Translations under genes and position numbers: made by a program
DNA from: Callorhinchus milii
Lineage: Eukaryota
Direction: 5' to 3'
Assembly: GCF_018977255.1 (NCBI RefSeq)
Contig: NW_024704743.1
Location: forward strand, 5,830,001-5,894,000
DNA length: 64,000 bases
In this document: positions 36,713-51,189 of the stretch, one piece after another
Position numbering within the stretch: the stretch's first letter is position 1
Layout of the letters: every line of letters starts with the position of its first letter
Notes under the pieces: model-generated
What the model saw: only the letters and a program-made list of their open reading frames with translations
Told to the model about the DNA's origin: nothing
Database searches by the model: none

Positions 36713-37900
36713 GTCAGCAGGTCCCAAATTTCAGCTTGCAAGCAGAAACGATCTTCCCCTCTGCCTCGAATAAAACAGGCGACCACTTTGCTGCGCATTC
36801 CATGTCACATCACTCAGTAGAGGTATTCTGGTCACTCATTTCATGGTATTTGGACATTGCTGTGTGCAAATTGGCTGTGTATAGGAGGTACAACCCCTAT
36901 ATTTTACAGTACATCATGTGAAGCGCTTTGAGATGTCCTCCCATGGTAAAAGGCACTATATCTGGTATCTGCAGAGTGGGATAAACTCCCTTCTTTTTTC
37001 ACATCATGCCATGGGATCTTTTTAAAACATCCCTATTGATTCAGCCTCTACAGCTATAGCATTCCGTATCTTCACGACCCTCTGTGTGAAGAAATACTTC
37101 TTGAAATGTTCCTCCAGTCATTTCGCACAAACTAACAAGTTTCCCCATCTTCAGATGCCGGGAGGTGGGAATGGGGGACAGAGGTGCAGAATGTCAACAT
37201 CATTACACTTTAAAACAGCTCTATCTTTGGCTCCTTGTCAGACGGCTGTACTGTCCAAACCTAGGTATCACTTTCCTCCTGTGCACCCTGTTAGCTTGCC
37301 TCAGATTCCCATTTATTGATCATTAAATGTGCGACATTTCAACATCATTTCTGTGGTTTAACATTCGCTGACCACTAAAAATAGCCAGCTTTTTACTTCG
37401 TCTTCATATGGGGAAATTTATTTGTAAAAATGTAGTACAAATCACTAATTTTGGCAATCGGCATTAAAATAGACCAAGTCTTAAAAACGCACATAGCATA
37501 CATAGACTAATGTTATGTAAATTGTAAATTACTAGCTGAGAATTGACAATACATATGTTTCCAATTTGAAACCCTAGGACAAAAAAAAACTCAAACGTGC
37601 TGATCAGGAGAATTGTTTGAAGTGAATTCCCCTAAAAATTTACAAGAAATTCACCCAGTCCAACTGAAGTCAACATTATTCCATCCCACTGACGTATTAT
37701 TTTGTTTGACCAGTCCTGATGATATACAGCAAGTCATAGTGCTCAGCCCTCTCGTTACAGGTTTATAGCATACCCAAGAGGTTCAAACATTTATAGTAAA
37801 AATAGAGGTAAAGACCTCGACTATATTTCTTGACTAAGGAATCCCATAAGAATTCCTATTGTCCCATGATACATCAAGGTCCTTTCTGCTTTAATGGAAA

Positions 37901-38006
37901 TTCTTAATCCAAGAAGAATACACTCTTAATAAGGAATCAAAGTCACGCAAATGGAGATTCTTGTCTTTGATTTCTTATTAAGAATTAATTCTTCTTGGAT
38001 TAAGAA
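37901..38006. repeat. AT-rich inverted repeat, 42-bp arms
   Basis: 37901-37942 vs 37965-38006, 4 mismatches. Confidence 0.88.
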
Positions 38007-38796
38007 ACACCATGAATTAGATTCCAATACGTTAGTGCTCACACATTACACTGGTTTGGTATTGGATTTTTTTTGTCCAAATCAGCAGTTATTTCTTCAT
38101 AAATGCACTTCCATTTAAAGAGCCAACACAATATACCCAAAACATAATGGTTAGTGTTCTTCAACGTGTGTTTTTCCAATTAAATAACTATCAAGGGTTT
38201 TATACTCTTACTGAATTAATGGGGAATCCAGAGTACCATCGAGAACTCTGCAGGCTGTGTCCTCTCTCGCACTAGGATGTGTGAGCCTATCACCCCCATC
38301 CTCGTTCAGCTCCACTGGCATCCCATCCCCCAGTGGATCAAATTCAAAACCCGAGTCCTCACATTCATATCTGTCCACGGCTTCACCCCACTCTACCTTT
38401 GCAACCTCCTACAATCCTACCACCTCGGCCACTACCTCTGATCAGCAAACATCTGCCCATTGTATTCACCCACAATTCTCCACCCTGAGCCTCTGGTCCC
38501 AGGGCACCGGCAGAGTAAAGACAGCCACATGACCGTATGAAGAAAAGGAACAATGGAAGTATAACTTCAAGCAGATAGAGTGTGAGGATTAGGGGAGTTT
38601 TGCTGATCTGAGCCACATCACTTGGAGGAAATGAAGCACTGTCCCAACAAGGAGTTAAAAGTCAGAGGATTAGACACCTCCAGCTCTCCCTCAACCACTT
38701 CCTAAAGCTTATTAGGTTGAGCAGCTGTAGTACCTAAATGGTTAGTAATGAGGAATTGGCACGTATTCAATCCTGATCACTGTGATTACTTTTCAG

Positions 38797-38956
38797 CTGG
38801 TCGTCAAGGTCCTGATGAACGATAAGAGCAGTAAAACGCTGATGGTTGATGAAACACAAACTGTCCGTGAGATCTTGGATAACTTGTTTGAAAAGTCTCA
38901 TTGCGACTGTAATGTGGACTGGTGCCTGTATGAAGTCAATCCGGATTTACAGATTG
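38797..38956 (+). CDS. APBB1IP: APBB1IP coding exon 5 (LVVKVLMNDKSSK...WCLYEVNPDLQI; RA domain)
   Basis: tttcag|CTG, G|gtaaac; inside ORF 38782-39105; phase 0 to 1. Confidence 0.96.
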
Positions 38957-41900
38957 GTAAACACTATAAAACATTATTTATCGTGCTGTATGTGTTGTTT
39001 CTCCTTGCCCGCAGTCAAAAAAGTATTCCTTTAAAACGGTTAAAGGCAATTTCCATAATTTGTATTTCTGAACAAAGAATTGCTTTCTCAGAGCCCCGAC
39101 ATTAAAGAGAATTCCGAACACGCTCGCTGGCTCAGTGGGTAAAGTTTCCGCCCAATATGAAACTGAGTCTTACAATCCCAATATTATAACCTGAATCTCA
39201 GCCTTGGAACATAGAAGGTTGTGGGGTAACTTCAAAAGGGAATTACATGGGTATTTAAAAATGAGAGCACAAGGGTATGGTAAAAAGGCAGGTAAATGGG
39301 ACTAATAGAATTGCTCTTTAATTGAGTCAGCGGACAATTGGCTGAAATAGCCTTCTTCTGTGCTGTAAACTTCTATGGTTCTATCCCATCTGTGTTCTGT
39401 TAAGTGCCTCTTGGGATACTACAGTTGTCCTCAGTGCTCTGGGGTTAGGGAATGGCAAAATCAACCAAACCTCTTACTTTTTGGGTCTCTGTTTTGTGTC
39501 CCCTTCCTTTGCCATGCACATGGATATTAGATTGAGACTATTGCTTCAAAAATATACAGTCATTACATTTTACAGCAATTCCTGTGACGGGCTTTGAGAT
39601 ATCCTCCCAATGTGAAAGGGGCAGTATCAAATGTAAGGATTATTATTATTATCCAAGATCATCCTTGCTTGGCTCCATCTCCCAGCAGATCAAAGTCAAA
39701 ATCCATGTCCTCGTGTTCAAAACCCTTCCATGGCCTAGCCCACCTGGCACTCTGTGATCTCTTGTAACTCCACAACCTCTGCTCAGTAAACACTCTCCTG
39801 TCTCACGTCCTTCATCCATCTCTTTCAGCCATTCTGCCCCTGCTGTGTGGAACTCAGAATCCCTCTGCCTTGCCCCTTCCATCCCTCTCACCCCCTTTAA
39901 AACCCAACTGAAGATCTTTTTTTTTAAACTGCACTTTTGGTCATCTTCACCCCCATCCCCAACCTTCTTCACTCCTCCAACCACCAAAGCTCAGGCTCCC
40001 AGTCGGCTCTGCGATGCCTTTTGAAAGGTGCTATTTAAACATAAAATTGGTGTTGCTGGTTGACATCATTCTGTACTACAACTAATTTATAAACAGCATT
40101 GAAAACATCTGGTGTTAATTGAAGAGTAATGCGCCAGCATTTGTATAAAGTCAGTGGGTTAAAGACTTGGCGTGGGATCACGGCAACCCTATTCACATCG
40201 TGGTTTGATGAATGAGTTATTGTGGTATGGACAGAAGGGCAGGAAATTTGATCTTAAATGGTTCTGAACTTACAATTATGGTCGAAAGATTGTTTGATCT
40301 TAAGTTGGATTTGATCTTCTAGAGTTAATGGGAGCCTTGATACTTTCCTCTGCGGTCACCAGGGAACTTTTGTTTTGAAGGAGAACTATAGCTGACTATA
40401 AACTGGGAGTCTCTCTTTGCTTCCTGCCAGTATTGATTTTTCTACAAACCGCACAAAAGAAAATGTAGACTTTTTCCCTCTAATAATTCTACAATCACAG
40501 ACTTGTTTGACATCACATTTGAAAAGCACCTCGAGTAGTCAAAATTCATTATATATCTTTGCATGTTGTAAGATTTCAGCACTTTCACAGGACAGAATAA
40601 GCCTTTCTTACTGTCTGCACATAGATCCTACTGACAAAGACACCCACCCCGAGATGAACCTGACTGTCACTTTGGTTGCATAACGTGTACAGGACCAAAC
40701 ATGGTCACTGATTTCCTTCTGGCCCGAACAATATTTAAAAAATAATAATAATCTTTGCATTTGATACGGCATGTGAAGATATTTGTAGTCACTCTTCAGA
40801 GGCGATCTCAAACAAGCTGTGATTGTGGAATTATCAGCTCGAAAAGTTCTGTTTTTCGTGGTTTGGGAAGTCAATACTGGCAGAAAGAAAACAGAGGTTT
40901 GTGGATCCAGCCTACAGTCAACTCTGAGATCTATTTCAGAACAAAAGCTCCCTGGTAACCACAGAGTTAAATTAAGTCCAGGAGATCAAATGGTCAAGCA
41001 AACGTTCGACCGCAATTGCAAGCTTACAATGTCAAGAACACTTCAAAGAGTTTCATAACATTTCTGTGAAGTGTAGTGACTGTGTATTTGTAAAACGGAA
41101 TAAGCATAGAATCCTGCACTGCTTTGTCTCTCAAATATCTTTACTGATTCATTTCATGGACGAAAATGAAAAAAGAGAGAATAATTTACAATATAAAATG
41201 TATGCACCATATTTTCAAACCTGTTTGTTTGCCTCATGTTGTATTTTTCCTGTTAGAGGGTTGCATTTTGTATAATAAGGAAATGCTGATTTCTCTGGGG
41301 TTGTGCTGTCACTCAGTGGTCATTGTGTGAGTGCAGTAGGTTCTCTGTGACAACACGTGATGGGATTAGTGTGTTTGCTTCCATTATCAGGAGCTCATCC
41401 ACCTCACACTGCGATTTTACAAGTCACGAAACCAAACACTTCCAAAGTAATCCGAGTAAATAAGACTCCACCATTGTACAGATTAAAACACAAAGTGATG
41501 ATGAATAAATAGAATAAATAACATAAATAAATAAAAATAATAATAATTTGGTAACTCAATCCACGACTGTTTTTAGGACACTGCTGTGCGCAATTGGCTG
41601 CCGCGTTTCGCCCATAAATATGCAGTCAGTTCACTTTACAGTATACTCTGTGAAGCACTTTGAGACATCTAGAAGATGTGAAAAGCGCTATATCAAAATG
41701 CAAGAATTATTTCTGATGTGTGCCTGTTTAACTTGGGGATAGGTTCCAGATGATGCACTCAACTTAATTGTGCTCTGAGATGCTATCCTGTATGAAGGGC
41801 TCCATTATAAATGTTGTTGTTAGATTTAACCATATTTGAGCTAACCATAAACAGCATAGTTTTACTCTTGACCCCAATTTACCCCGGTCCTATTGAAGAC

Positions 41901-42688
41901 AATTTGGATCCTATCTTGGTTAACCCCTGCAATTTAGAATTACATATGTTTCTAACTGGGAGAAATATTCACGATTTTAGTGAATGGTATGGACTCAGAC
42001 CACTAAACACAAGAGAGGTTCAGATGTAGAATGCCCTGTGTTGACCCATTTGATCTCATCTTTCCAGAATATTCAGCTATCATATACCCATCACAGTATT
42101 GTGCTGTTTTGTGAATTAATCCAGCTTCCAGCCTCAACAACTCTTCCTGGCAACCTGATCCACCCATTATTTTCCCTTTGTGCAAAAGAAATACTTCCTG
42201 GTGTCTGTCTTCTAATTCCCTTTCACAGCCTTGAAACTGTCTCCTCCTCTCCTGCTTCACTGATGAATGTGAAAGTATTGTTCTGGTGTTACTTTCTCAA
42301 CATCATTTAATATCTCATGTATCTGTATAAGGTCTTCTCTGAGACATTTTTTCCAAGGCTGAAGAACCTTACCGTATCTAGTTGGTGGTAATCCATGGGT
42401 AACACAAACATCAGGAAGTTTTCATTTACCCAGAGGGTAATTAATGACTGAAACAGGTTGCCATGATAGGTGATTGATGTCAGAATAATGGTCTTATTTA
42501 AAAAGCAGCTTGATGCTGTGACAGGACAATGGTGGTGTAGGTATTCTGGAAGCATTAGATCAGATGGGCCAAAGAACAATCTTGTGAACCTGATGGTTTC
42601 TCTGCTGGAGAAGCCAGGAGTGGGAAAGGGGAATGTTGCCTGAAATGGGAAACAAAAGTGCTAAACGTTTTTCTGACTTGTTTTCCAG

Positions 42689-42810
42689 AGAGATTTTTAG
42701 AAGATGATGAGAACATGGTGGAGACGCTCTCCCTCTGGATGCGAGACAGCGAAAACAAGCTCCTGTTTGTCGAGCAGAAGGAGAAGTACGCAGTCTTTAA
42801 AAATCCTCAG
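42689..42810 (+). CDS. APBB1IP: APBB1IP coding exon 6 (ERFLEDDENMVE...KYAVFKNPQ; RA domain C-terminal part)
   Basis: ttttccag|AG, CAG|gtgagc; phase 1 to 0. Confidence 0.96.
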
Positions 42811-43937
42811 GTGAGCAAAAAAGGTGGACGAGTCAAAGTATAAAAAGTTTAATCAATGCCACAACAGCAACAACAACTTGCATTTATATAACGCACCTCA
42901 CGCAGGGCAGCATCCCAGAGCACTTGACAGTGGCGGAGCACATTGCCGAGCTGGGGGGGGAAGGGTGGGTGACTGTAGGCACGGTCAAATAGGAAGGTCT
43001 TCAGGCGCGATCTGAAGATGGGGAAAGAAGGGACAAGATGGAGGGACAGAGGAAAAGTGTTGGAGGTATAGTGGCTGAAAGCTCAGCCACCAATGGTTCA
43101 ATGGAGCCAGTCGAGTGGAGGCAGCAGGTTGTGGGTTGAGTAGTAAGCAGGTTGGAGAGGTAGGGAGCTGCCAGGGCATGAAGGGATTTGAAAATGAGTG
43201 TGAGGATCTTGAAATCGTGGAGTCCGGCTAGAAATGGTGTGATGGGGGTTCGGAGTTTATAGGTGAGTATGTGTTTACGAGGCAAGGGGAGTTTAGATGA
43301 AGGTTGAAATCACCCAATATAATCAGGTGTTCAGTGCAGAGGCAGAGGAATGAGAGGAGGGAGGAGATGTCAGGGATGAAGGAACCCGGTGGTTTGGGAG
43401 GACGATAAATAAGGAGGATTTTGAAGGAGTTTTCAAGGCAAAACCTATATGCCTTAATATTTTAGTATCAATCCTCGCTCAGTCAGAGTCTGAGTCAGGT
43501 AATGGGTTCCAACCTCACCATTGGACCTTTACGCTCATAGTCTGCAGGGACATTCCAGTGTAATGCAAGGGGACTGTGGGTGTACTGACAGACAGACTGT
43601 TCTTCAGATGAGACATTAATATGAGGTCTTGTGGTGGATGTTAAATTACACTATTGAAAAAGAAGTTTCTCCTCCAGATACATTGCTCATTCCCATTGTG
43701 ACTGGTTGTGGGACATTATTATTTTGTGCAAAATGGCTGCTGTATTCAATTGCACAGTTGCTACACTTTATTAGTAATTGCCTGTGAAACCCTTTGAGGC
43801 ATTTTGATGTTATGGGCACTTATATTAATGCATAGATTTTTAATTAATAAAATCAAAAGCACGTTAAAATGCATAAAACCACTGCCCAAAGCAGAGAGGA
43901 CCAGTGCTGGTATCAATATTACCGCAGTTAAACTGAT

Positions 43938-44318
43938 GTAGTAATAATAATCCTTGCATTTGATATAGCGCCTTGTCACATCTTCTAATCGTCTCAAAGC
44001 ACTTCAAAAAAAGTACACTGTAAAGTGAATTGACTCTATATTTGTGGGCAAAACACAGCAGCCAATTGCGCACAGCAGTGTCCCACAAACAGTCATAGAT
44101 TGAAGTGACCAATTTATTATTATTATTTTTTTTGAAGGAATTATTACCCTGGAAAAGCAATCCACCAATCGACTAACAACCGCGTTCCTACTTACTGCGA
44201 GATAAACAGAGGCATGTGAATTAAGGAAACTTGCCCAATATTTCACGCTGCCAAGAATTGAACCCAGGTCTCTCGCTTGCGAGGCGAGAGCTCTAACCAG
44301 TGAGCTACAGGACTCCAC
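43938..44318 (-). mobile_element. tRNA-Ala-like SINE, long form
   Basis: Full head-to-tail homology with other copies. Confidence 0.9.
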
Positions 44319-47300
44319 TCAAATAGTAATGTTTGGCTATTGGTAAATGGACTACGATGTCTGCAGATGCTTTTTGTGCAGAAACAGCCTGACATATATA
44401 AAACCATTTATTTCCTGTGTGTCGTTATGAACTGAGATGAATTCCAGATTGTTCAGCTGCAAGAATTCCGGCTGCATCTCCTCAATAGCTTATTGAGCAA
44501 ATAAACCCACGTCAGCCTCTTGGTTAGTACTAGGACTTGAACAAATGGAAGGTCATTGATTTTATTAATGCATTGGTGTGAATGGATGCCTTCAATCTTC
44601 ATTTAAACTCAGCATTTTTGATCACCACCACCCCCCCACCCCCACCCCACACAATCCCACTCCCAATTCTACAGATGCTATGTTTAAATAATAATTACAC
44701 TTTCCATTCTTCTGCTGTCAGCACTTATGTGAACACATTTGTGAAAGCAGATGCTCATGTGGTGCTTGTTCATCGACTTGTGAAATCATATCTCTGTGCT
44801 GTAACCTGATTGCAATTGATAGCATTAGTAAATCATAATGACCGCTTTGGAGAAAATCACACTTCATTCCGAGATAGAAAGAAGAGAGGACGTGGCTGAA
44901 ATTGTCAACAACTGAGTTCCTAGTTTCACTGTGACACCAAGTCAAGTAAAGCTGAGTATAAACTTCACAGGCAGTGCATAGTAAAGGAGGCCTCTGAGAA
45001 AGGACAATCGCTCCCATTAAAGAGGGGATGTGGAAGATGGATATTAAGTTATGTCAAAACAGTTTTTGATGTTTCCTTATACAACCGCTCAGAGGACAGT
45101 AGTTGGTTCAGATACAGTGTTCCAAGGCACAAGCAAACACTGTTAAGGTCTGGAGCTCATTTCAAAGGATTGGCATTTATATTTTAAGTACATTTAATAT
45201 TAACAACACCACCAACAACAAAATTACATTTGTATAGTGCCTTTCATGTCATGTGGACGTCCCAAGGCGCTGGACAGACAGTGTTATGGACCCGAGCCGG
45301 GGGACGGGGTCAGGGAGTTTGGAGGGCAGGGGAGAAGCAGAGAGGAAAGTAAACAAGCTCATTTGGGGAAATTGCTATGACTAAAGCCCTGGCTTTTCTA
45401 ACTGTTTGTAACATGAGACTGGTTTCCTTCAACATCCCATTCATCTTTTTCAGTAGCGTGTTGAGGTGCACAGTAATGTTTTCTGTGGGGAAAATACAAG
45501 AAATGTAGACCTATAGAACCATAGAAAACCTATGATTGACCTAATAGGAGGCCATTCGACCCATTTGTATTAGTGACAATGTTTGCTCCTCCAATTTATC
45601 CCTCAATCCTAAAGTCAGGCAGTCTGCATAGAGGAGGCAAGGCAGTTTTATAACTGTAAAAAAAAATCTGATAAATAATTTGGTCATTCAATCCATGACT
45701 TTTGCGGGACACTACTGTGTGCAAATGGCTGCCATGTTTCACCCACAAAATATACAGTCAATTCACTTTGCAGTATATTCTGTGAATCACTTTGAGACAT
45801 TTCAACGACGTGATAAGGCGCTAGATCAAATGCAAGGATTATTATATTATGTATGGTTTCTATCTGTCTGCTATGACGTGTACTCCATCCTCCCAGAGGG
45901 ACCTTCTTACCCAATCAAAGGCTTGGAGACCCCAGAGTGTGTAGTAGAGTGCTGCTGGACTTTAACCAGCTAAACCCTCCCAGCTTACCATTGCCAGCTA
46001 GCAAGCAGAGGCCTATGCTGCTTATTCAACTGAATCCACTTTAGCAGTTTGGGCTTCAGCCTTGCAAGGTCAACAAGAACCGAGTGGGAAGAATCCTTCC
46101 CCTCAGTGACTTCTCTGACCTTCCAAGTCCTGCTAACAATCTGACAGTACTCCGACTCATACAGTGAGCAGCACAGCACAGCATGAAATGCGTGAGAAGA
46201 TTGTCCTGTCCACCATCCTTCTGTCCACAGCTTGGAAACACGTCCCTAGCCATTGAGCGATGGTTCCGCCAGTTGGAGGTGTGGAGCTTGAGCATCATCT
46301 GCTTACCTCTCTGCAAATCAATCAAGGTGGATTCCAAGCCGTGGATACAAATGTAGACCCCTGGTCGTCAGAGCTTCCTCCATCTTGCATTGGAATGGCA
46401 GTGAGTCCTTGAGTCAGACACTCTAGTTCCCATTTCTAGTGGGTGAGCTTGTATCAGACAGGAAATGTGCCTCCCATAGCCACCCGAGGTACCCCACAGT
46501 GCTGTGTGCTGGTCTGCTCCAGCTGCCAAATGCTTGTGGCATTTGTTTGTTCCTTTCACTGTTGCTAATTCCAAAAAAGCATTAAGAGGAAATTCTCAAC
46601 ATCACCAGCGGTCCTCCTGCTATTCCACGCTCCGGTCTAACCCGTCCTCCCCTGCAGCACTTGCTGATCTTTCATTAGGTCTGAGCGTTCCAAGACGCTG
46701 TATAAATGCAAGTTGTTGTTGTTGTGGAGTCCATACTGTGCGGTTATAACACCAACATCAACAATCCTTGCAGTTGGTATAGCGCCTTTCACATCGGGAG
46801 GACGTTTCAAAGTGCTTCACAGGATTTACTGTAAAGTGAAGTGACTGTGTGTTTTGTAAGGCAAATGCAGAGGCCAATTTGCACGCAGCAATGTTCCATA
46901 GTCAGAAAATGAACCAACAGTTCTGCTTCACTTATTAACAGCTTTCAATGCGTCTTTTTAGAAATTGCCAAAGTGAGAAACGAAGTGTTATGAGCAGCAT
47001 TGGCAGAGCCCGTGGTCTCTGTTCACATTACAATCTTTACAACAGCTTGCATTTCCATAAAGCCCTTCATGTGGGGTAGTGTCTTAGAGCGTTCAACATT
47101 GGCGAAGCTTGAGGCTGAGCCAGGGAGAGAGGAGAGATGGCCATAGGCACAGCCAAAGAGGAAGATCTTCTGGTGTGATATGAAGACATTGAGGGAGGGA
47201 GCAAGACGCTGCACGGAGTGAAAGACCTATATAAATGTTGTTGTAATAATTTTTTATAATAATTTATTTTTATATGTGATAATTTATTTTTAGAGCACTG

Positions 47301-47537
47301 TCTGGTGAATAAAAAAAACTGTTCCCCACCCCAATCCCTCACCTCACGTTCCCTCCCACCGGACCACTTTTGAAGAATTTACAGATCGGACACAGATTAT
47401 GGCAAAGGACAGCAATTTAACCCAGCATCTAGATCTGCGGACACTTAATACATTGGTTATTAATGGGTTATCACAGGTCACAATATTGCAACCCACACCG
47501 GCAGAGATGTAACCTTGCTTTGTTTTCTCGCGACCAG

Positions 47538-47609
47538 AATTTCTTCATTGCAAAGAAGAAAGACGAAGGGAAGGACATGAAGGAGAAAAGGAAGGAGGCT
47601 TTACTGGAG
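47538..47609 (+). CDS. APBB1IP: APBB1IP coding exon 7 (NFFIAKKKDEGKDMKEKRKEALLE; RA-PH linker)
   Basis: accag|AAT, GAG|gtgagt; aligns with human NFY...KESLLE; phase 0-0. Confidence 0.92.
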
Positions 47610-49372
47610 GTGAGTCAAGACTATTATTGTCCCAGAACTTTACAGCAATAACTACATTAACATGTGTTTCTATAGCACTCTTCACACAGGATAGCGCCTC
47701 AAAGTGCTGAGATGTTATATATAAGTATAAAGGCACTCACTTTACTGTGAGCCCCTATTTCATTTGACAGAATGAATTGATTAGTAACACATCAGTGCCT
47801 CAGACTGCAAAATCAAACTGGTCCAAAGTTCCCGCACATGTGTGAACCTTCTGATGTCTTCACGCCATCTTAAGCAGTGAGATCTGAGGTCCCAAATCTG
47901 CGTACAAATAACTGAGGATCCAAGATTGTTAAAAGTGAAAGCTGTGGCAGCAGCATACATCTCAATAACAAGTTATGCAGTTTTGGCTGGATAAATTCCA
48001 GCTCTTTCCCCAACGCACACTCTGGGGACCCCAAATCCTTTGCTCTCGCCAACTTTCCGGAATTATACAGGCAGAGTGCATCCCTCCAGGGAGAGAGTGC
48101 AAGTCCATTCCAACCACAGGGAAATTTCCATGCCCACGTGGAACTTTCAGTCTGGTTTGAAACATCTTAAGGATGGCGATGGGTTTTCGCGTGTGTCAGA
48201 CACCCGGCTGACCAAAAACGAGATGAAGCCGACAAATATGGAGAGAGCAGAGCAAGGCTGGGATCAACTCTGCTTTTCTCTGTCCTAGCCCGGCACTAGC
48301 AACAAGTGAATAGTCACTGGTTCTATGCTGCCAAACACTTGTCCATTTATAAGTCAAAGGACAAGAATGTATAAACCATTACTGTTAAAGGAAAGAATTA
48401 ATAAGCAAGATTAAAAGTGGAATGTCTGATGGGAAAGGAGTCCCAAATAGCAACTCCCACCTGTAACCCGAAGTGTCACATTGTCCTGGAAAGCAGACCT
48501 CTCCAGAAGTAGGCATGTCCGAGTGTAATTTCTGCAGGTCGGCGAAGCTAATGTTTAATTCCCCACAGGAAATCCTGTAACAAATGACATTTTACACCTT
48601 TCTAGTGCTTTACGCCAAGTCTGCACCGCTGTCGTTAATTCTGTTTACAAGTGGTAGTAAAGGTGATTTCATGGTGCAGTGATTTCCTCCTTTTTAAATG
48701 AGGTTTCTGCTCTTTGCTTGTATCTCCGTGCCCTGTGATTGATAGCACACGTGACTGAATAGCTTCCACTTCAAAAGGAACCCCCATTTTTCTTTGGAAA
48801 AGCACCAATGTCAGTCTGTGGCTTTCCGAAAGGTTGGACCACTCAATAATTAAACCAGCTTTTTAACAAGCATGTAAGGTCATCCTTAGGAGAAATCAAT
48901 TCCGTTGTCAAATCTTCAGCCCATATATAATGTTGGTAATTGTGCACAAACAGCTGGTGTACAACAAAACATGAAAGTGAAACCAGAGACAAGTGGCCCA
49001 GCTGAGCTGTCTAACCCAGACATGTGAACCAGAGTCTTGCCTACTAAATACATAGGAAAATAGGAAATGCTGGACAAAAAAAGATCAAGGTCAATCCAGT
49101 TTGCCTTCCACCATCCTTCAGTTGCAGTCATCTGTTTATGTCCTGAATTACGTCCTGATTTGCTGTATTGCCACAATATTATTTCCTAAAAATCTAATTT
49201 GAAAGAATCAACACTTTCTGCTTCCACCATCTCCCTAGGGAGCCCAGACACACAACACTTCACAGTAAATTCTGTGAAGCGCTTTAAGACATCCTCTCAA
49301 TGTGAAAGGCAATGCAAAGATTATTATTATTATTGCTATGACTACTTTTTGGGCTCAATTCTACTCAATAAG

Positions 49373-49652
49373 TTCCCTTTAATGTACAGAACAAAATAAA
49401 TTAATTGCACCGCACAATGGGATCTAACATGCAGTTTAATTTTAGCAATTTTTTCCCTTTTTAAAAAATTTTACTGTGTCGGAATGGCTATTCTCCCCTC
49501 CCCTTGTCTTTCTCCACAAGACACAAGGGGGAGAAAAATCATTTGGACACAGTAAAAAAAATTGGAAAAGGGGAACAAATGCTAAATTTAAACTGCATGT
49601 TATATCCCATTGTGCGGTGCAATTAATTTGTTTTGTTCTGTACATTAGGGAA
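49373..49652. repeat. 280-bp imperfect palindrome (MITE-like fold-back)
   Basis: taatgtacagaacaaaataaattaattgcaccgcacaatgggat.. is mirrored by ..atcccattgtgcggtgcaattaatttgttttgttctgtacatta. Confidence 0.9.
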
Positions 49653-51189
49653 TAGCAACTTGGCTTCTGGCACTGACTGGCTGCCCTCCTGCATATGTAC
49701 ACAGCGAACAGGAAGTCAGATGAAGCTACAATGACTATCGCCAGCATTTCCTGCATTAGAAACCCTCCGAGTGTCAGGCTGCCTGGACCGACCAGCAGTC
49801 ACTGCTGGAACCATTGACGTCAATGGTGGCACAAATGACAGGTGCTTGGTTAAGCCTGGCTCAGCTGGTAGCCCTCTCAGGTTGTGGAGGTTCAACAACA
49901 ACAACTTGCATTTATGGAGCATCCCAAAGCGCTTGACAGAGGACGAACACCAATCCGTGGACTTGAACTCACAACTTTCTGACTCAGAATAGAGCGCTAT
50001 AGACTGAGTCAGGTTGACGTGGGTTAGCTATGCTGCAAATTCTAATTTTATACCTTTCCAGGTCCCACCCCTGACCCGACCACGGCGACCACTCAAGTTT
50101 AGAAATAAACTTATTTAAACCAGCTTCCCCTCCATTCCACGCCGCCCCTCCCTTCCACCCCGCCTCACCCAAAGCTTGCAAGTTCAAATCAGCATCAGCA
50201 ACATGTTGAAATGAAATAATTAAACACGATGTCCCACATCCTTTTCTATTAAATAGAACTGACCTCTGAATTAGCGATACACCCTGTTCCACCCTGTTCA
50301 CCACATCCTGCATTCACACAGTGCTGTCAATGTTTACTCAGGGGCTTAAGGCAGACTTTTGTGTCACATCACAGAGTAAGGTTCTGAGGGGGGAAACGTT
50401 ACACGGCAGAAATTCCCCCTGATTCACAGACCCAGGGCAATAAAGTTAAACTTGTTGATGGCACCAAGTTGGGAGGGAATTATAGAACTGGAGGAGCCAG
50501 GAAACTGCATCAGTCTGGCTCAGTTTTGAGCATTCTCAGTTCTAAGTCAAGAAGGTCGTGGGTTCAAGTCCTACATCGGGACTTTTTTAACTCGTAGTCT
50601 CAACTCACACCCCAGCGTAGTGCTGGAGAGTGTGCTGTGTTGTTGGAGGTGACGAAGACGTTAAAAACCCCATGGGACAAGTCATAATAAGTGTCCTGAC
50701 CAAACACACCCCCAAATAAAATTGGTCATTCATTTCATGGTTGTTTATGGGAAATTGCTGTGTGTAAATTGACCTACAAAATCACGACACTGCACGGTCA
50801 TTACGCTTCATAGTATATCCTGTGAAGGGCTTTGAGATGTCCTCACAAAGTGAAAAGCGTTATATCAAATGCAAAAAGCAGGGCTTGGTATGGTAAATAG
50901 AGTTCAATATAATAATAATAATCCTTCCATTTGATACAGTGTCTTATCATGTCATTGAAACTTCTCAAAGAGCTTCACAGAATATACTGTAAAGCGGATT
51001 AACTGTGTATTTTGTGGACGAAAATAGAGTCCAATAGAGATAAATGCACGATGCTACGAACTTAACGACAGCGGTGCAAACAGGATGCTGTGCCATATTG
51101 CCAAATCAGTTGAGTCATACGTAAGCTATATAGTGCTCTGGTAAGGTCCCACCCAGAGTACCACAAAGAGCTCTGGTACCCACAGGCAT

